64,000 bases of DNA, taken from assembly GCA_951406725.2 (NCBI GenBank), contig OX597826.1, forward strand, positions 60,822,001 through 60,886,000, written 5' to 3'. The notes beneath the pieces were generated by a model that saw only the letters and a list, made by a program, of their open reading frames with translations, searched no databases and was not told where the DNA came from. The stretch comes from Octopus vulgaris (Eukaryota). How positions within the stretch are numbered: the first letter of the stretch is position 1; each line of letters opens with the position of its first letter. Positions 40,724 through 53,967 of this stretch are shown one piece after another. The translations under genes were made by a program, and so were the position numbers.

Positions 40724-41344
40724 TGAATGTATGTTTGCATTTAATTATCTGCATGTATGTGTAACGAGAACAAAAACTGGAGTTATTGGTATTACTTTTA
40801 TTGTTAGGTTAAGACCGTTTCAACAACAGATGGGTCAGATAGATCTCTTAACGTGGTAGAAAACATGCAGCCACGAATATAAATACTAATTTATACAGAA
40901 ACTTTCTAATTTAAAAGGCAGTACTTTGAACAATTGAAGAAACCAAATGATTTGGCTAAAATGCCTTTGGACAGTTGTACATTTGTGTGCTGAATAAACA
41001 ATAGTAATAACAAAATAAAGATTGAACCACTAAGTAAACGTCATACCAGCTTGAAATAACAGTCAAATGTCTCTCAGACTAAGTACACTCTGTTTTGTTA
41101 AGAGTACAATTGGAAGCGTTTTCATAGAGATGCCAAAAATCCTGACCAGTCAAGAACTGAATGCTTTTGATTGGAGGTGTGCTAGATAATACAGAGCGAT
41201 TATATAAATAGCAGTGGCAACAACAGATCTGTATTCGTTTATCTGATAAACTGCAAACATGTTGTCGATATGAATTTCGCCTTAAATTTTTTTACCAAAA
41301 GCACGCCATTAATATTCCCTTTCCGACACAATGTAAAGGCCAAG

Positions 41345-41762
41345 TTATGGTTATGTGATAAGAAGCTTGCTTCCCAGCCAAATGGTTCCAGGTTCAGTTC
41401 CAGAGCATGACACCTTGGGCAAGTGTGTTTTACTATAGGCTCGGACCGACCAATGATTTCTGATCGGATTTGCTAGATGGAAACTGAAAGCTCGTCATAA
41501 GCATATACACGCACACATATATACACACACACACTTATATATCTTTGTGCCTTCGTGTCTATGTTTGTCCCCCACCAGCGTTTGACAACCAGTAATGGTG
41601 TGTTTAGGTTCACATAATTTAGCGGTTCGGGAAAAAAAGTGTTACATAAATAAGTATCAAGCATAACAAAATGTACTGGGGGTGATTCAATCGACTAAAA
41701 ATTCTTCAAGGCGGTGCTCCAGCATGGGCGCAGTCTAATGACTAAAACAAATAAAAGATAAA
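41345..41762 (+). mobile_element. SINE family B, diverged full copy
   Basis: GGTTCAGTTCC B box, ACCTTGGGCAAGTG CORE-like segment, internal microsatellite and tail GGCGGTGCTCCAGCATGG. Confidence 0.82.
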
Positions 41763-41862
41763 TGTAGTTAACGTTGCTAAAAGTATGCTCGAATTTTTAT
41801 ATAATTATTGGTTAATATTTACATTACTACATTTTGTACCGACAAGAATTATTCAAAGTAGA

Positions 41863-42030
41863 CGTAGGAGTGGATGTGTGGTAAGTAGCTTGCTTACCAA
41901 CCACATGGTTCTGGGTTCCGTCCCACTGCGTGGCAACTTGGGCAAGTGTCTTCTACTATAGCCTCGGGCCGACCAAAGCCATGTGGGTGGATTTGGTAGA
42001 CGGAAACTGATAGAAGCCTATCGTATATAC

Positions 42031-42095
<65 letters not shown>

Positions 42096-42314
42096 CGTGC
42101 CTATTTCTTAGTGAGTCTGTGTTAATCCACCCAACATCGCTTGACAACCGATGCTGGTGTGTTTACGTCCTCGTAACTTAGCGGTTCGGCTAAAGGGACC
42201 GATAGAATAAGTACTAGGCTTACAAAGAATAAGTTCTGGGGTCGATTTGCTCGACTAAAGGCGGTGCTCCAGCATGGCCGCAGTCGAATGGCTGAAACAA
42301 GTAAAAAGAATAAA
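41863..42314 (+). mobile_element. SINE family B, full copy (CORE-like; possibly octopus OR2-like)
   Basis: Near-identical to 63248-63684. Family name is tentative. Confidence 0.9.
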
Positions 42315-42342
42315 GACATTTCCTATTAATGAAAAAAAAACA

Positions 42343-42551
42343 TCTGTTGTACAAAAGAACAATTCTACCACGTAGACAGAGCCCATGGCTGACGAACAGG
42401 CAAAACTGATTCATAGTCGCGGCTAGGTCCACGCGTACGTGGCCGACACCGCCCGCTTAGTTTCGTGCTTTCGATTTCACGCACGGTTCGGCGGCGGAGA
42501 TGCGGGCGACCGGCGCAGGCCTTGCGCAGGCCTGCCGCTACATCGCGCTAG
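42343..42551 (+). mobile_element. CpG-rich mini-Helitron
   Basis: Candidate A|TC start; 3' hairpin GCAGGCCT-TGCGC-AGGCCTGC, 12 nt, then CTAG|T. Confidence 0.6.
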
Positions 42552-43339
42552 TCAAAACTTGGAACGTTTTTGTACTTAAAATTCACATTGCATTTTCTCT
42601 ACTGTATACATCCAGAATAACTCAATATTCTTTTATTATCGTTCAATGCATACGATAAAACAGTAAGCAAGATTCGATCTTTCATTTTGTAACTTTACAT
42701 TAAATGATAAATAATTAATTCCACCCCGAAAATGTAAAAAAATGTAAATTATTCTGTCAGACAAAAACACTAGGATCAGGACATGAGCTGAAGCAAAAAA
42801 TACTGTATTTCAATTATTAATATATCACATGCTATCAATTTATATCTGATACTTGATAATTACAGTAGCATAATTTAAATACATTATCAATCAAGTCTTA
42901 CTCTCAATGTAATTATATTTTATTTGCCGAATGCAGTATTTTAACAAGCATATCAATTATATTCATATTAATCAAAATTAAAGCTCGAATTTTTCTTAAT
43001 TACTCAAGTTTTTTCTAAAAAAGCAAAATAAATATATCTAAATTCAAACCTAGGAAAAATTACATACAGAAAATTATACAGCGTTGTAGGGAAACTGTGA
43101 GCAGCAGATTTTCAAGATATCTTAAATTATTTAACAAAATTCGTACTGATTCTACTGAATTTATTGAAATATAGCTGTCAGTAAACTGTAGCCTGTTTGT
43201 CTCTCAAATTCAGCTTGAAGTCAAGTAATGTTTATAAGTGTTTATATTAATAAAAAAAATATTATAGCCTTTTAACGGCTAAAAAAACAGTATTATTTTA
43301 CTACTTAATGGCCGACTGATTGAACAGTTTTATTTAATA

Positions 43340-43370
43340 CTAGCAATGCATCCCGGCGTTGCCCGAGTTT
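43340..43370 (-). mobile_element. Helitron 3' terminus (5' end not located)
   Basis: Minus strand CTCGGGCAACGCCGGGATGCATTGCTAG|T, similar to the ends at 3879 and 57879. Confidence 0.55.
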
Positions 43371-44876
43371 TATGACCTACAGCCACATTGTATTATTTGT
43401 TCAGTTCTTATAGGCAGAATCAGCACAGCTGATTTATAGTGAACTGGATTATTGACGTATTAAAAGTTATTGTATGTTTAAAAGTGAAAGAGGAGGGTAC
43501 TATTTGCATGATCAATTTTGCAAGAACAATTTTGCCAAGAAATCACGTTTTAAAATTTTTGATTCCCCCGCGTCACCACCGCAATTTCTTAATTTATAAC
43601 TTTTTCCCAATTTTTTTTTTCATCCACGGAGAAAAATACTGAGATTACGAATCTGGGAAATATATATATAAAGTTTAATTTTCTCTTTTTTTTCTTGAAG
43701 AAACACTCAATTTTGAGTGGTTCTTTATGAAAAAAGGAATAAGGAAATTCATAAAGATTTGAATTCATAAAATTTGAAAATTGTAAAAATGAAGAAATTG
43801 GGGTGGAGAGGGATAAAATTAAAATATTGAGAACGTGTTTGTTCGGCTAAATCCTAATCTGTATCGAAAACACAGGAATCGGGAGAAATATAGGAAAAAA
43901 TAAGCAGGGTGCTAAAAGCAACACGTAAAGGAATGGATTTCTGAAAAAACTTTTTTAATACGCTTATCACTAACACAAATTACAAAATAGAAAAAGGTTA
44001 TTTCAATTGGATTTGAGCTCTAATTTTGCGCATGCACACAGCAAGGAATCACATAATTCATACAGAAGTTTTACCTAGAGTGTGTATGTGCACCCGTGTG
44101 CGTATTTGTGTGTGTGTGTATGTGTGTGTGTGTACCAAAGTAAGATATTTTAGGCATTTTTTCATTTGAAACTTCAAAGTTGTCAACACGACCATATGGG
44201 ATCATATGCTCGTTAACTTCTGTAAAATTTTTTATATCTTTATGCTTTGAAGAGAGTAGAAATTGAAAGATAGGAAAAAGTGAAAAGGTGACATTTGCTC
44301 TGAAGTGAGAAAAGAAAGTGAGAGAAGAAAGGAAAAGATTATGTACATGCATATGAAATAGACGCGTGTGTATGTATGTGAGCGTGTGTACGTGTACATG
44401 TGAGAGAGTTAGTGACTGAAGGTGTGTATTGACATGTATGTATTTTTTGCATGCATGTGTGAGTGGCACTCCATCTCTCTCTCTCTCTCTCTCACACACA
44501 CATACATTATCTATCATATACACATATAGAAATATATATGCATGCATCTTTTTTGTATATGTGTGCGTGTGTGTAAGAGAGAGATAGGGTGAGTGACTGT
44601 AATTCCTCATAACATAGAGAAATGGATTCTTTAATGACACTTTTTGGGTGTAGCTTATTTTAATACAATATTTATGTGTAAATTTTTATAAATGTTTGTT
44701 TGAGTAGAATACGCATGCGTGAAACAGCGAACGAAAGTGAAACATTACAACTAAATCGAAATATTGCCCGCGAATGACCTCAAAATTGGGCAACCCAACC
44801 TCGTTTCCGAGGTTATTTTAGTAGTAAAAAAAAGAGTTATTGTGCCAAGCACATAGTTTATTTGATAGCCTTTATA

Positions 44877-45456
44877 TTGGGTCATCTCATAAATAATGCA
44901 GTTTTTTTTATTTTTCAAAATTAAGATAAACGAAGATCTTTTTTAATCTAAAATATACTCTCCTTCATTTTCTACAATGCCCTTCCATCTAGCTAGTAGA
45001 CTTACAAGGCCCCTCTACCAAACCTCACTTCTCCGTAACGAAAAATACTTCTCCAGTACTGTTCTGACGTCGTCTACTGAATTCATATTTTTTCTGTCCA
45101 AATGATTTTGAAGACTGCGAAATACATGATAATTAGATGGGACAATGTCTGGCGAATATGGTGGGTGGGACCTCGTTTCCCATTCAAACTGCTCCAGCCT
45201 TTAGAATGTCATCTTCGCTGTATGTGCCCGAGCATTATCCTGATGGAGGAACACCTTTCGTCTTGAACCAAAGATGGTCATTTTCCTTCTAGCGCTGACT
45301 TGAGTGACTGGATGAATGACGAAATCCAAGCAACTCTGTTGGTTCCTCAATAGTTACGATGGGATTTTGTTCCACCAAAGTTTGCAGGATGTCCTCGTCA
45401 AGCTCTACAGATATTCCATGACGGGGCTCGTCTTCTAAACTGTAGTTTCCGGCTCT
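44877..45456 (-). mobile_element. Mariner remnant, same family as 62328-63054
   Basis: Shared TIR TTGGGTCATC.CATA.ATAATGCAG; minus strand encodes EWETRSHPPYSPDIVPSNYHVFRSLQNHLD. Confidence 0.88.
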
Positions 45457-45469
45457 CATTTATACTGCA

Positions 45470-46090
45470 CTCGACAAAACTTGAGTTCATCACTTCAGAG
45501 GCAAAGCGATAATCCATACAAGAGAAACACTCCTCCTCACCTGCTTTAAAGAAGGCCAAGGGGGATTAACCTTTGGAAAAAGTGATGACCTCATTTCTCT
45601 GAGGATGCAAAAGGTATTGTGTTTATTGACTATCTTTAAAAGTGCCACACCCTCAACGGAGAGTACTATGCCAAAATACTGAAGCAATTAGAAAAGGCTA
45701 TCAAGAACAAAGGTCGATGAAAACTGATGAAAGGTGTCTTGTTTCATCAGAACAATGCTCCAGTGCACAGGTCCTTGGTTCCAATGGTTGTTGTGCGGGG
45801 CTAAGGCTTTCAAGTGTCTGATAATACTCCCTATTCTCCTCATTTACCCCTATACGAACAACGCTTGCTTGAGAACCAGTATCACAGCGATGATGACGTC
45901 ATAGCTACTGTTGTTGACCTTTTTCACTTACAGGACGAAAACATCTCCATGAATAGGATCCAAACGCTGCAACACCGATGGAAGAAGTATGTGGACTGCA
46001 AGGGGGAAATATGTGGAAAAATAAACCTCATATGGTCGCATTAGATGCGATTATCTTAATTATCTTATGGGCTTTTCAGCATACCCTCGT
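45470..46090 (+). mobile_element. Mariner transposase pseudogene, 3' half with TIR
   Basis: Broken frames give DAKGIVFIDYL, GVLFHQNNAPVH, PYSPHL and LQHRWKKYVDCKG; TIR-like end CTTTTCAGCATACCCTCGT. Confidence 0.85.
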
Positions 46091-46207
46091 GATATTCATT
46101 GTTGTAAGTTTCCCATCACTTTAAGAGATTTATCGGATCCAAGTTTTGTTGAAACGATTGCAACCTAAAAGTAGATGTGATCCCGATGACTCCAGTTTTT
46201 GTTCTCG

Positions 46208-46240
<33 letters not shown>

Positions 46241-46594
46241 CACGCCTCTTTTCCTTTCATCTACCTCTTTTCCTTTCATCACCGATAAAATAAAGTACCA
46301 ATCATGTACATGGGCAGACGTAATCGACTAAACCAGCTCTTTAAACCTCTGGTATTGTGTTGCAATTCGAAGTCATTGTATATCGATCAGGGTATTTCTT
46401 GGCTGGATGAATATGTGGTAGAAGACAAAGTGATGTTAGGACGAAAACAACAGGTTTCATTTCCCTCAGTCTGGTAGAACTGAATTCAAAGAATCGAGTC
46501 TCCCAGGGCTACGTTAGTATTACTAAAATTAATAAAGATAAAAGCTAGATAATGGCAATGATGATTAAAAATTGCAATAAATTTCACGAAGACG

Positions 46595-46960
46595 CCGAAG
46601 ACGAGAACGAAGACGACGACGACGACAACGATGATGATGATGATGATGATTATGATGATGATGATGATGACGATGAAGATGATGATGATGATGACGATGA
46701 CGATGATGACGATGATGATGATGGCGATGATGATGTCGACGATGATGATTACGATGGTGATGCTGATGATGGCGGTGATGATGATGGTGATGATAATGAT
46801 TATGGCGATGATGATGATGATGGCGATAATGATGATGATGATGATGATGGTGATAGTGATGGCGAAGATTATTATGATGATGGCCATCATTGTGCGGCTG
46901 ATGTCGAATGATAATGATGATGTGATGATGATGATGATGACAACGACAACGACAGCAACG
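46595..46960. repeat. Degenerate (GAT)n array
   Basis: Directly visible. Confidence 0.95.
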
Positions 46961-47119
46961 CCATCAATAACAGTCATGCGTCATTTAGCTACAGGCTAAA
47001 TGGAACTTCTTAAAACGTAAAGATTCCAATAAAATAAAATAGGCAGAAAAATCGCTATCAAATAAAGAAACAAAGAAAGAAGGAAAATAAATTATGAATA
47101 TATAAATAAATAAATATAT

Positions 47120-47181
<62 letters not shown>

Positions 47182-47589
47182 GTAGAAAGAACGAAAGAAA
47201 GAAAGAAAGAGTGATAGAACGGACAAACATTAAAAAAAAACAAAGAAAAAAGAGTTATTTTACCAAGAAAAGAAAGGAAAGAAAAAATGACTAGGACACT
47301 TGAGACAAAATGACGACTCAACAATCATTGTATAAACAACAACAATAAGAAGAAGAACAACAACAACAACAACAACAATAACAACTATGGCAAAAGCATT
47401 GCCAAAACAGTAACAAAAAAAAAAATTAAAATTAATAATTGTTTCCATCTTTACATAGAGACTTATTGAAGAAGTAAAAAAAAAAAAGAAATCATTATTA
47501 CCTTTTTTATTATTATTTTTTTTGTTTTTATCTCGAAACGTTTTTCACAAGATTCTTATCAATGCATCAATTTGTGACAAACAATATAT

Positions 47590-47975
<386 letters not shown>

Positions 47976-48569
47976 AAGGAGTAAAATGAAAAAACAAAAA
48001 CAAGAACTGCTGGAAAATATCATTTTAATTAACAAAAACTTAAAGAAAATTATATAAAAGAAATAAATATGAAAAAATAATTTTTTTTTTTCGAAAAATC
48101 GTCTAAACAACTCTTTATTCTTCTATATACCTGTGAGAGAATCAGTCTTGAAATATAATAAAAGCAGAATTTAGTAATTGTTTCTAATTCAACATTGTTT
48201 CTTTATAACACTGCTATCCACATGCTTCATGTCACAAGACCTGAGTAGTCTGGATGAGTATGAAATTGGAAAAGAAAACAACCGTAGGAGAAAAAAAAAG
48301 AAAAAACAAAAAGCATACACGCACGCACCTGTATATAAACTTAATACACAAACGTAACAGAATATTAATGGAGTGGAAGATTCTTAGGCGCACCCACACA
48401 AATTGCTCTGAGTTATTATTTCGATATTTCGCTTTACATGCTGAGCTCTAGTTCCACCTGCGTCGAATCAAAGTCAGACTTTTCTCCTTCCATATTTGAT
48501 AAAATGATATACCCGCGGGGCCAGTTTAATCGAATGTTCCATGCCATCTATGGCAAACTATGTTATCAC

Positions 48570-48571
48570 TA

Positions 48572-48638
<67 letters not shown>

Positions 48639-48718
48639 CATCATCATCATCATCATGATTATTATTATCATCATCATCATTATCGTCATCATCATCGTCG
48701 TCGTTGTTGTTGTTGTTA

Positions 48719-48778
<60 letters not shown>

Positions 48779-48872
48779 CATCATCATCATCATCATGATT
48801 ATTATCATCATCATCATCATTATCGTCATCATCATCATCGTCGTCGTCGTCGTTGTTGTTGTTGTTATTTTA

Positions 48873-48922
<50 letters not shown>
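48570..48922. repeat. Duplicated compound (TTA)(TCA)(TCG)(TTG) array
   Basis: The same order of triplet blocks occurs twice. Confidence 0.9.
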
Positions 48923-48925
<3 letters not shown>

Positions 48926-49522
48926 TAGTTTTATTTTTATAGCGTGCTTTCACTTCACTACCGAGCGCAGCTCTATGTGCCTTGGGTATGTGCTGTGATT
49001 TGTTGTGATGCTCTAATGGTTACTGTATTTAAAGTGTTTTTGCGTAGGATGTGTGCAGTGCCCGGTAATGCAATTTTCTGTATGTTATATATATTTATTA
49101 GTCCTGGTGGTTTTGTTATGTATTTGTCTGATTACTTTTTATCATGCCTAATGCGCCTACTATGATAGGATTTTTTTCTGTTTTTAGAATCCACATTCTG
49201 GTTACCTCTATTTCCAGGTCTTTGTATTTTGAAAGTTTCTCCATTTCTTTTAGAGACACGTTGTCATCTGCCGGTATTGATACATCAATTAGAAAGCATT
49301 TTTTTCTTCGTGATCTCTGACAACTATATCTGGTATGTTGGCCTTAATTTCTCTATCTGTGTGTATCGGCATATCCCAGAGTATGGTTGCTTTCTCGTTT
49401 TCTGTGACCTTTTCTGGTGTGTGCCTATACCATCCTTTTTCTGTTGTTATTCCATAATGTTGGCATAGCTTCCAGTGTATGTAGGTTCCAACTCTGTCAT
49501 GTCTGTGAATATATTCCTTCTT
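48923..49522 (-). mobile_element. 5'-truncated R4/Dong-clade LINE (restriction-like endonuclease region)
   Basis: YIHRHDRVG...ILWDMPIHTDREIKANIPDIVV...LIDVSIP...KLSKYKDLEIE (RHD and PD..D motifs); (TAA)n on both flanks, the known Dong target. Confidence 0.9.
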
Positions 49523-49523
49523 A

Positions 49524-49567
<44 letters not shown>

Positions 49568-49613
49568 CATTATTATTATCATTATTATTATTGTTGTTGT
49601 TGTTGTCGTTGTT

Positions 49614-49810
49614 AAGGTGGCGAGCTGGCAGAATGGTTACTGCGCGTCATTTCGTCAGTCTTTACGTTTTGAATTCGAATTTTCACCGGGGTCGACGTTC
49701 CCTTTCATCCTTTTGGGTTCGATAAAATAAGTACCAGTTATAACCGATATAACCGACTTATTCCTTCCTCTGCAATTGCTGGCCTTGTACCAAAATTTGA
49801 AACCAATATT
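49614..49810 (+). mobile_element. SINE family A, alternative tail
   Basis: AAGGTGGCGAGCTGGCAGAA head and CCTTTCATCCTTTTGGGTTCGATAAAATAAGTACCAGTT body. Confidence 0.8.
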
Positions 49811-49819
49811 ATTATAGAT

Positions 49820-49960
49820 ATAATAACATTTCTAAGTCTCTCAGAGAGATTCATGCAGTAGCAGCACGATAAAGTGATAGTATGTTGTCAGCTTCATGTG
49901 ACAGTCCCATGAAAGGGAAGAATGATACTGCTATTTAGCCCAAGGAAACACCGTTTCTTA
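49820..49960 (-). mobile_element. Fragment of the repeat family also at 51535-51650
   Basis: Reverse complement shares AAACGGTGTTTCCT.G.GCTAAATAGCAGTA and AATCTCTCTGAGAGA.TTAGAAATG. Confidence 0.8.
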
Positions 49961-50034
49961 TTGGACTATTCGTCTGATAAGGGTACACCAGGCATATGCA
50001 TCACAACCATATGTGCGCAACATGGTGATCTCAT

Positions 50035-50219
<185 letters not shown>

Positions 50220-50435
50220 CAAGGCAGTGATATGGTTGAATCGCTAGCACTTTGCGGTATTTCTGTGGCTTTACGTTCTGAATTCAAATTCTGCTGGGAT
50301 GGACATTGCATTCCATCGTATATTTGAGTCGATAAAATAAAGTACCAGTTGAGCACTGGGGTGATCTAATCGACTAGTCCCCCCACCTGCCAATATACTT
50401 AAAATTTCATATTTGTGTCTATTGTAGAAAGGATT
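50220..50435 (+). mobile_element. SINE family A, degenerate
   Basis: TTACGTTCTGAATTCAAATT...GTCGATAAAATAAAGTACCAGTTGAGCACTGGGG. Confidence 0.7.
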
Positions 50436-51390
50436 ACTATTCTGGATATTATGAAGGCTTCGAGCTGTTCGAGCTGCAAAATTGCTAACGAGCTAGGATG
50501 CCTATGCCTGTTAAAGAAAACAAAATATTTTTTTTAAATGCCCCAATCAGATCAAAGCACCTCATAATTCTGCTCCGCCATCTTCCTCTCTTACTGCCAT
50601 CCCTCTGCGTCTCCCTCTCTCCCATTCTCTGTCTCTCTATCTTTCTCCCCCTCTCTCTCTCCCTCCATTCTTCCTGCGTATTTGTTCTAGTCTCATTGTA
50701 TAGACAATCGCTCGTTCAAATTATTTACGTTACGCTCTTCCTACCATGCATCAAATGTTTTATTGATATATCGTGTTTGGCATGCTCCACCTATTTCTAA
50801 TTCATATTTTCATCATTTTACACTGCATTTACCTCGAAATGGTCGTCGAGATCCTTTATGCTTTCTTTTAAATCTTCATTTATGTTTATGTATGTGTGAA
50901 GAATTGTAGACTTGTAATGTTGAAGGACAAGGGTATATCTCGAACTGTTTACTCACCTGCTCTTCGATTCTGTTTTTTATTCAATTCATTTTCATTTCTG
51001 TGTCATCTCCATCTGTCTATAGCAGTTCACTACACGTACTTGTTTTCCTTTTTCTTTTTCATTATAGCATCGACAGCACGATTAGAAAGCTGCGTTTTCT
51101 GCAAACCGCATAAATTCACTAGTCATCCCGGTAGGTAGACACTTACCTAAAGAACCGCTTAAGTAGCCGAGACCAAGAACTATGTGACTAACGAATCATT
51201 TTTTTAAACCACAATTTGTTTCGCTACAAGGGTTACGGATCATTTGTCTTTGCCTTGTTTCAATCATTAGACTGCAGCTATACTGAGCCACTGGCTTAAC
51301 TGTTGTTAATTGAATAAATCGATCCCTGTGCACGTTTCTCTTTACGTCTAATACTTATTCTACTGGTCAGAGGTGAATAAGCATCGACAG

Positions 51391-51465
51391 CTAGCAAGCC
51401 AAGCTACTCCAGACTGATGATGAGCAATGACTCTGAAACTAGTCTGTGAGTGCTGGCTTTGCTAG
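51391..51465 (+). ncRNA. Type I hammerhead ribozyme motif with long stem I
   Basis: CTAGCAAGCCAAGCTACTCCAGA-CTGATGA-TGAG-CAATGA-CTCT-GAAA-CTAGT-C-TGTGAGTGCTGGCTTTGCTAG; palindromic stem III ACTAGT; GUC site. Confidence 0.78.
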
Positions 51466-51648
51466 GTGGAGGTGTTTATCTCCCCTGTTTCAAAACAGAA
51501 GGGCACAGAACGCTTGTGTTCCATGGCCAGCTGTAAACGGTGTTTCCTGGTGCTAAATAGCAGTAGCATTTTGCTCTTTCCTGGGACTACCATCACTTTA
51601 TCATGGCGCTACTGTATAAATCTCTCTGAGAGATTTAGAAATGCATTT

Positions 51649-51698
<50 letters not shown>

Positions 51699-51717
51699 AG
51701 AGAGAGAGAGAGAGATT

Positions 51718-51840
51718 GACCTGCTCGCTTAGCCAGCGGGGTGGCGTCGTTTGAAGGCTAAAACAATGCGAAGCGCATTGTGACCAGCGATGTCTAGCAA
51801 CATCTGATAGCCTGGTCGGCTACGGTGATTACGGTGATAT
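51718..51840 (+). mobile_element. SINE family C, 3' fragment
   Basis: Reverse complement of 54901-55018; tandem (TACGGTGAT)2 tail. Confidence 0.85.
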
Positions 51841-51863
51841 ATATATATATAGATATATGTGTC

Positions 51864-51958
<95 letters not shown>

Positions 51959-52287
51959 CTGCGTGTGTTTGTGCTTGTGTGTGCGTGTCTCATTGACGTG
52001 TTTCTGCACAGGTCCTGCCTACGAAGTTCACTCTCAACTCACTGAACGGCTGGGAGATATAATAGAAACAGGTGCACAAGATGCCGCGCGATGAAACTGA
52101 ACCCGGAATCACGAGGCTGCACACGAGCATCTTAATCACGCGGCCATGCCTTCACCTGTATGAAAAATATAAAAGTCAATAACAATAACATATTGTCAAA
52201 GAAACGAATCTAATATCAGCAACAGTCAAAGGAAGAATTCTGAAGTAAACGATTGCCAATAGCTAAACCATAATACTTGATGAAACA

Positions 52288-52468
52288 ACGATGACAACGA
52301 CGACGTCGACAACAAAGCTAATAATGATGATGATGATGATGATGACGATGATGATGATGATGACGACGCTGGCGTTGATGATGATGATGAAGGTGGTTGA
52401 AGAAAATGATGACGATGATGACGTTGATGACGACAACGACGACGACAGTGATGATGATAATGATGAAA

Positions 52469-52505
<37 letters not shown>

Positions 52506-53130
52506 CGACGATGATGATGATGATGATAACGATGATGATGATGATGACGACGATGGCGTTGATGATGATGATGAAGGTGGTTGAAGAAAATGATGACGAT
52601 GATGATGTTGATGACGACAACGACGACGACAGTGATGATGATAATGATGAAAATGATGATGATGATGATGATGATGATGATGTTGATGACGACTTTGAAG
52701 TTAAGGCGGACGACAACGACAATGGTAATGAAAGTGGTGATGGTGGTGGTGGTGGTGGTGGTGGTGGTGGTGGTGGTGGTCCTGGTGGTGGTGGTGGTGG
52801 TGGTAATGGTGGTGATGGTGGTGATGGTGGCGGCGGCGGTGGTGGTGGTGATGGTGATGGTGGTGGTGGTGGTGGTGATGGTCCTAGTGGTGGTGCTGGT
52901 GGTGGTGCTGGTGGTGGTGGTGGTGGTGATGGTGGAGGCGGCGGCGGCGGCGGCGGCGGTGGTGGTGGTGGTGGTGGTGGTGGTGGTGGTGGTGGTGGTG
53001 GTGGTGGTGGTGGTGGTGGTTGTTGTTTTGGTGATGATGGTGGTGGTGGTGATGATGGTGGTGGTGGTGATGATGGTGGTGGTGGTGGTGGTGGTGGTGG
53101 TGGTGGTGGTGGTGGTGATGATGACGATAA
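52288..53130. repeat. (GAT)n then (GGT)n arrays with an internal 184-bp duplication
   Basis: AGGTGGTTGAAGAAAAT occurs at 52391 and 52575. Confidence 0.92.
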
Positions 53131-53387
53131 CTACAACCGTATGACAACTATTAGAAGGAACATGAAATGCAAACAAGTTTCCCCTAAGGAAATATAATAT
53201 TGTAGCCTGTATGTCTGCGCATCAGATCCTGAAATATAGGTTTCCCGCCAGAATCTTATCAGAACAAATATAATCATAACTGGGATCTACACAATATTCA
53301 AAGTTATCAACGATAGCAACATTTAGTTTCGTACTCTGTGATTAACAGAAGCCGATTACTTCAACAAACATATAACGGTTAATTATA

Positions 53388-53435
<48 letters not shown>

Positions 53436-53752
53436 CTCACTCTCTATTTATCAATCTATTTACCTCTCATTCGCTCTACTTGTCACACTTACCTATTTCT
53501 CTCGCGCAAACATTCGCTCTCTTTCCCCTCTCCTTCTCTCTGTCTTTCTTTCACACGCACACAGAAACAGGCACACTCACGCACATACATACACACATAT
53601 ACACACAGGTGAAGGTGATCCCCTTCTATATTTCTTGTCTATAATTTTCAGTGATATCGCTGAATCACTCAATATATGTGTATATTTCAGATCTTCATTC
53701 AGCTACTTGCCCCGCTCACCTAATGTTTAAGTATACATACATATGTGTATAT

Positions 53753-53806
<54 letters not shown>

Positions 53807-53855
53807 GCGCACTCACCTAATGTTTAAGCATACATACATATGTGTATATATATAT

Positions 53856-53900
<45 letters not shown>

Positions 53901-53932
53901 CATACGTATATATTTATGTATGTATATACGTA

Positions 53933-53967
<35 letters not shown>

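Noticed and set aside
40780-40855. Minus-strand GAAACGGTC-TTAAC...AATAAA, the 3' half of a hammerhead
   Set aside because: The 5' core is missing; at most a truncated remnant.
45724-45750. CTGATGAAA...TTTCATCAG hairpin
   Set aside because: Lies within mariner coding remnant; coincidental, no ribozyme layout.
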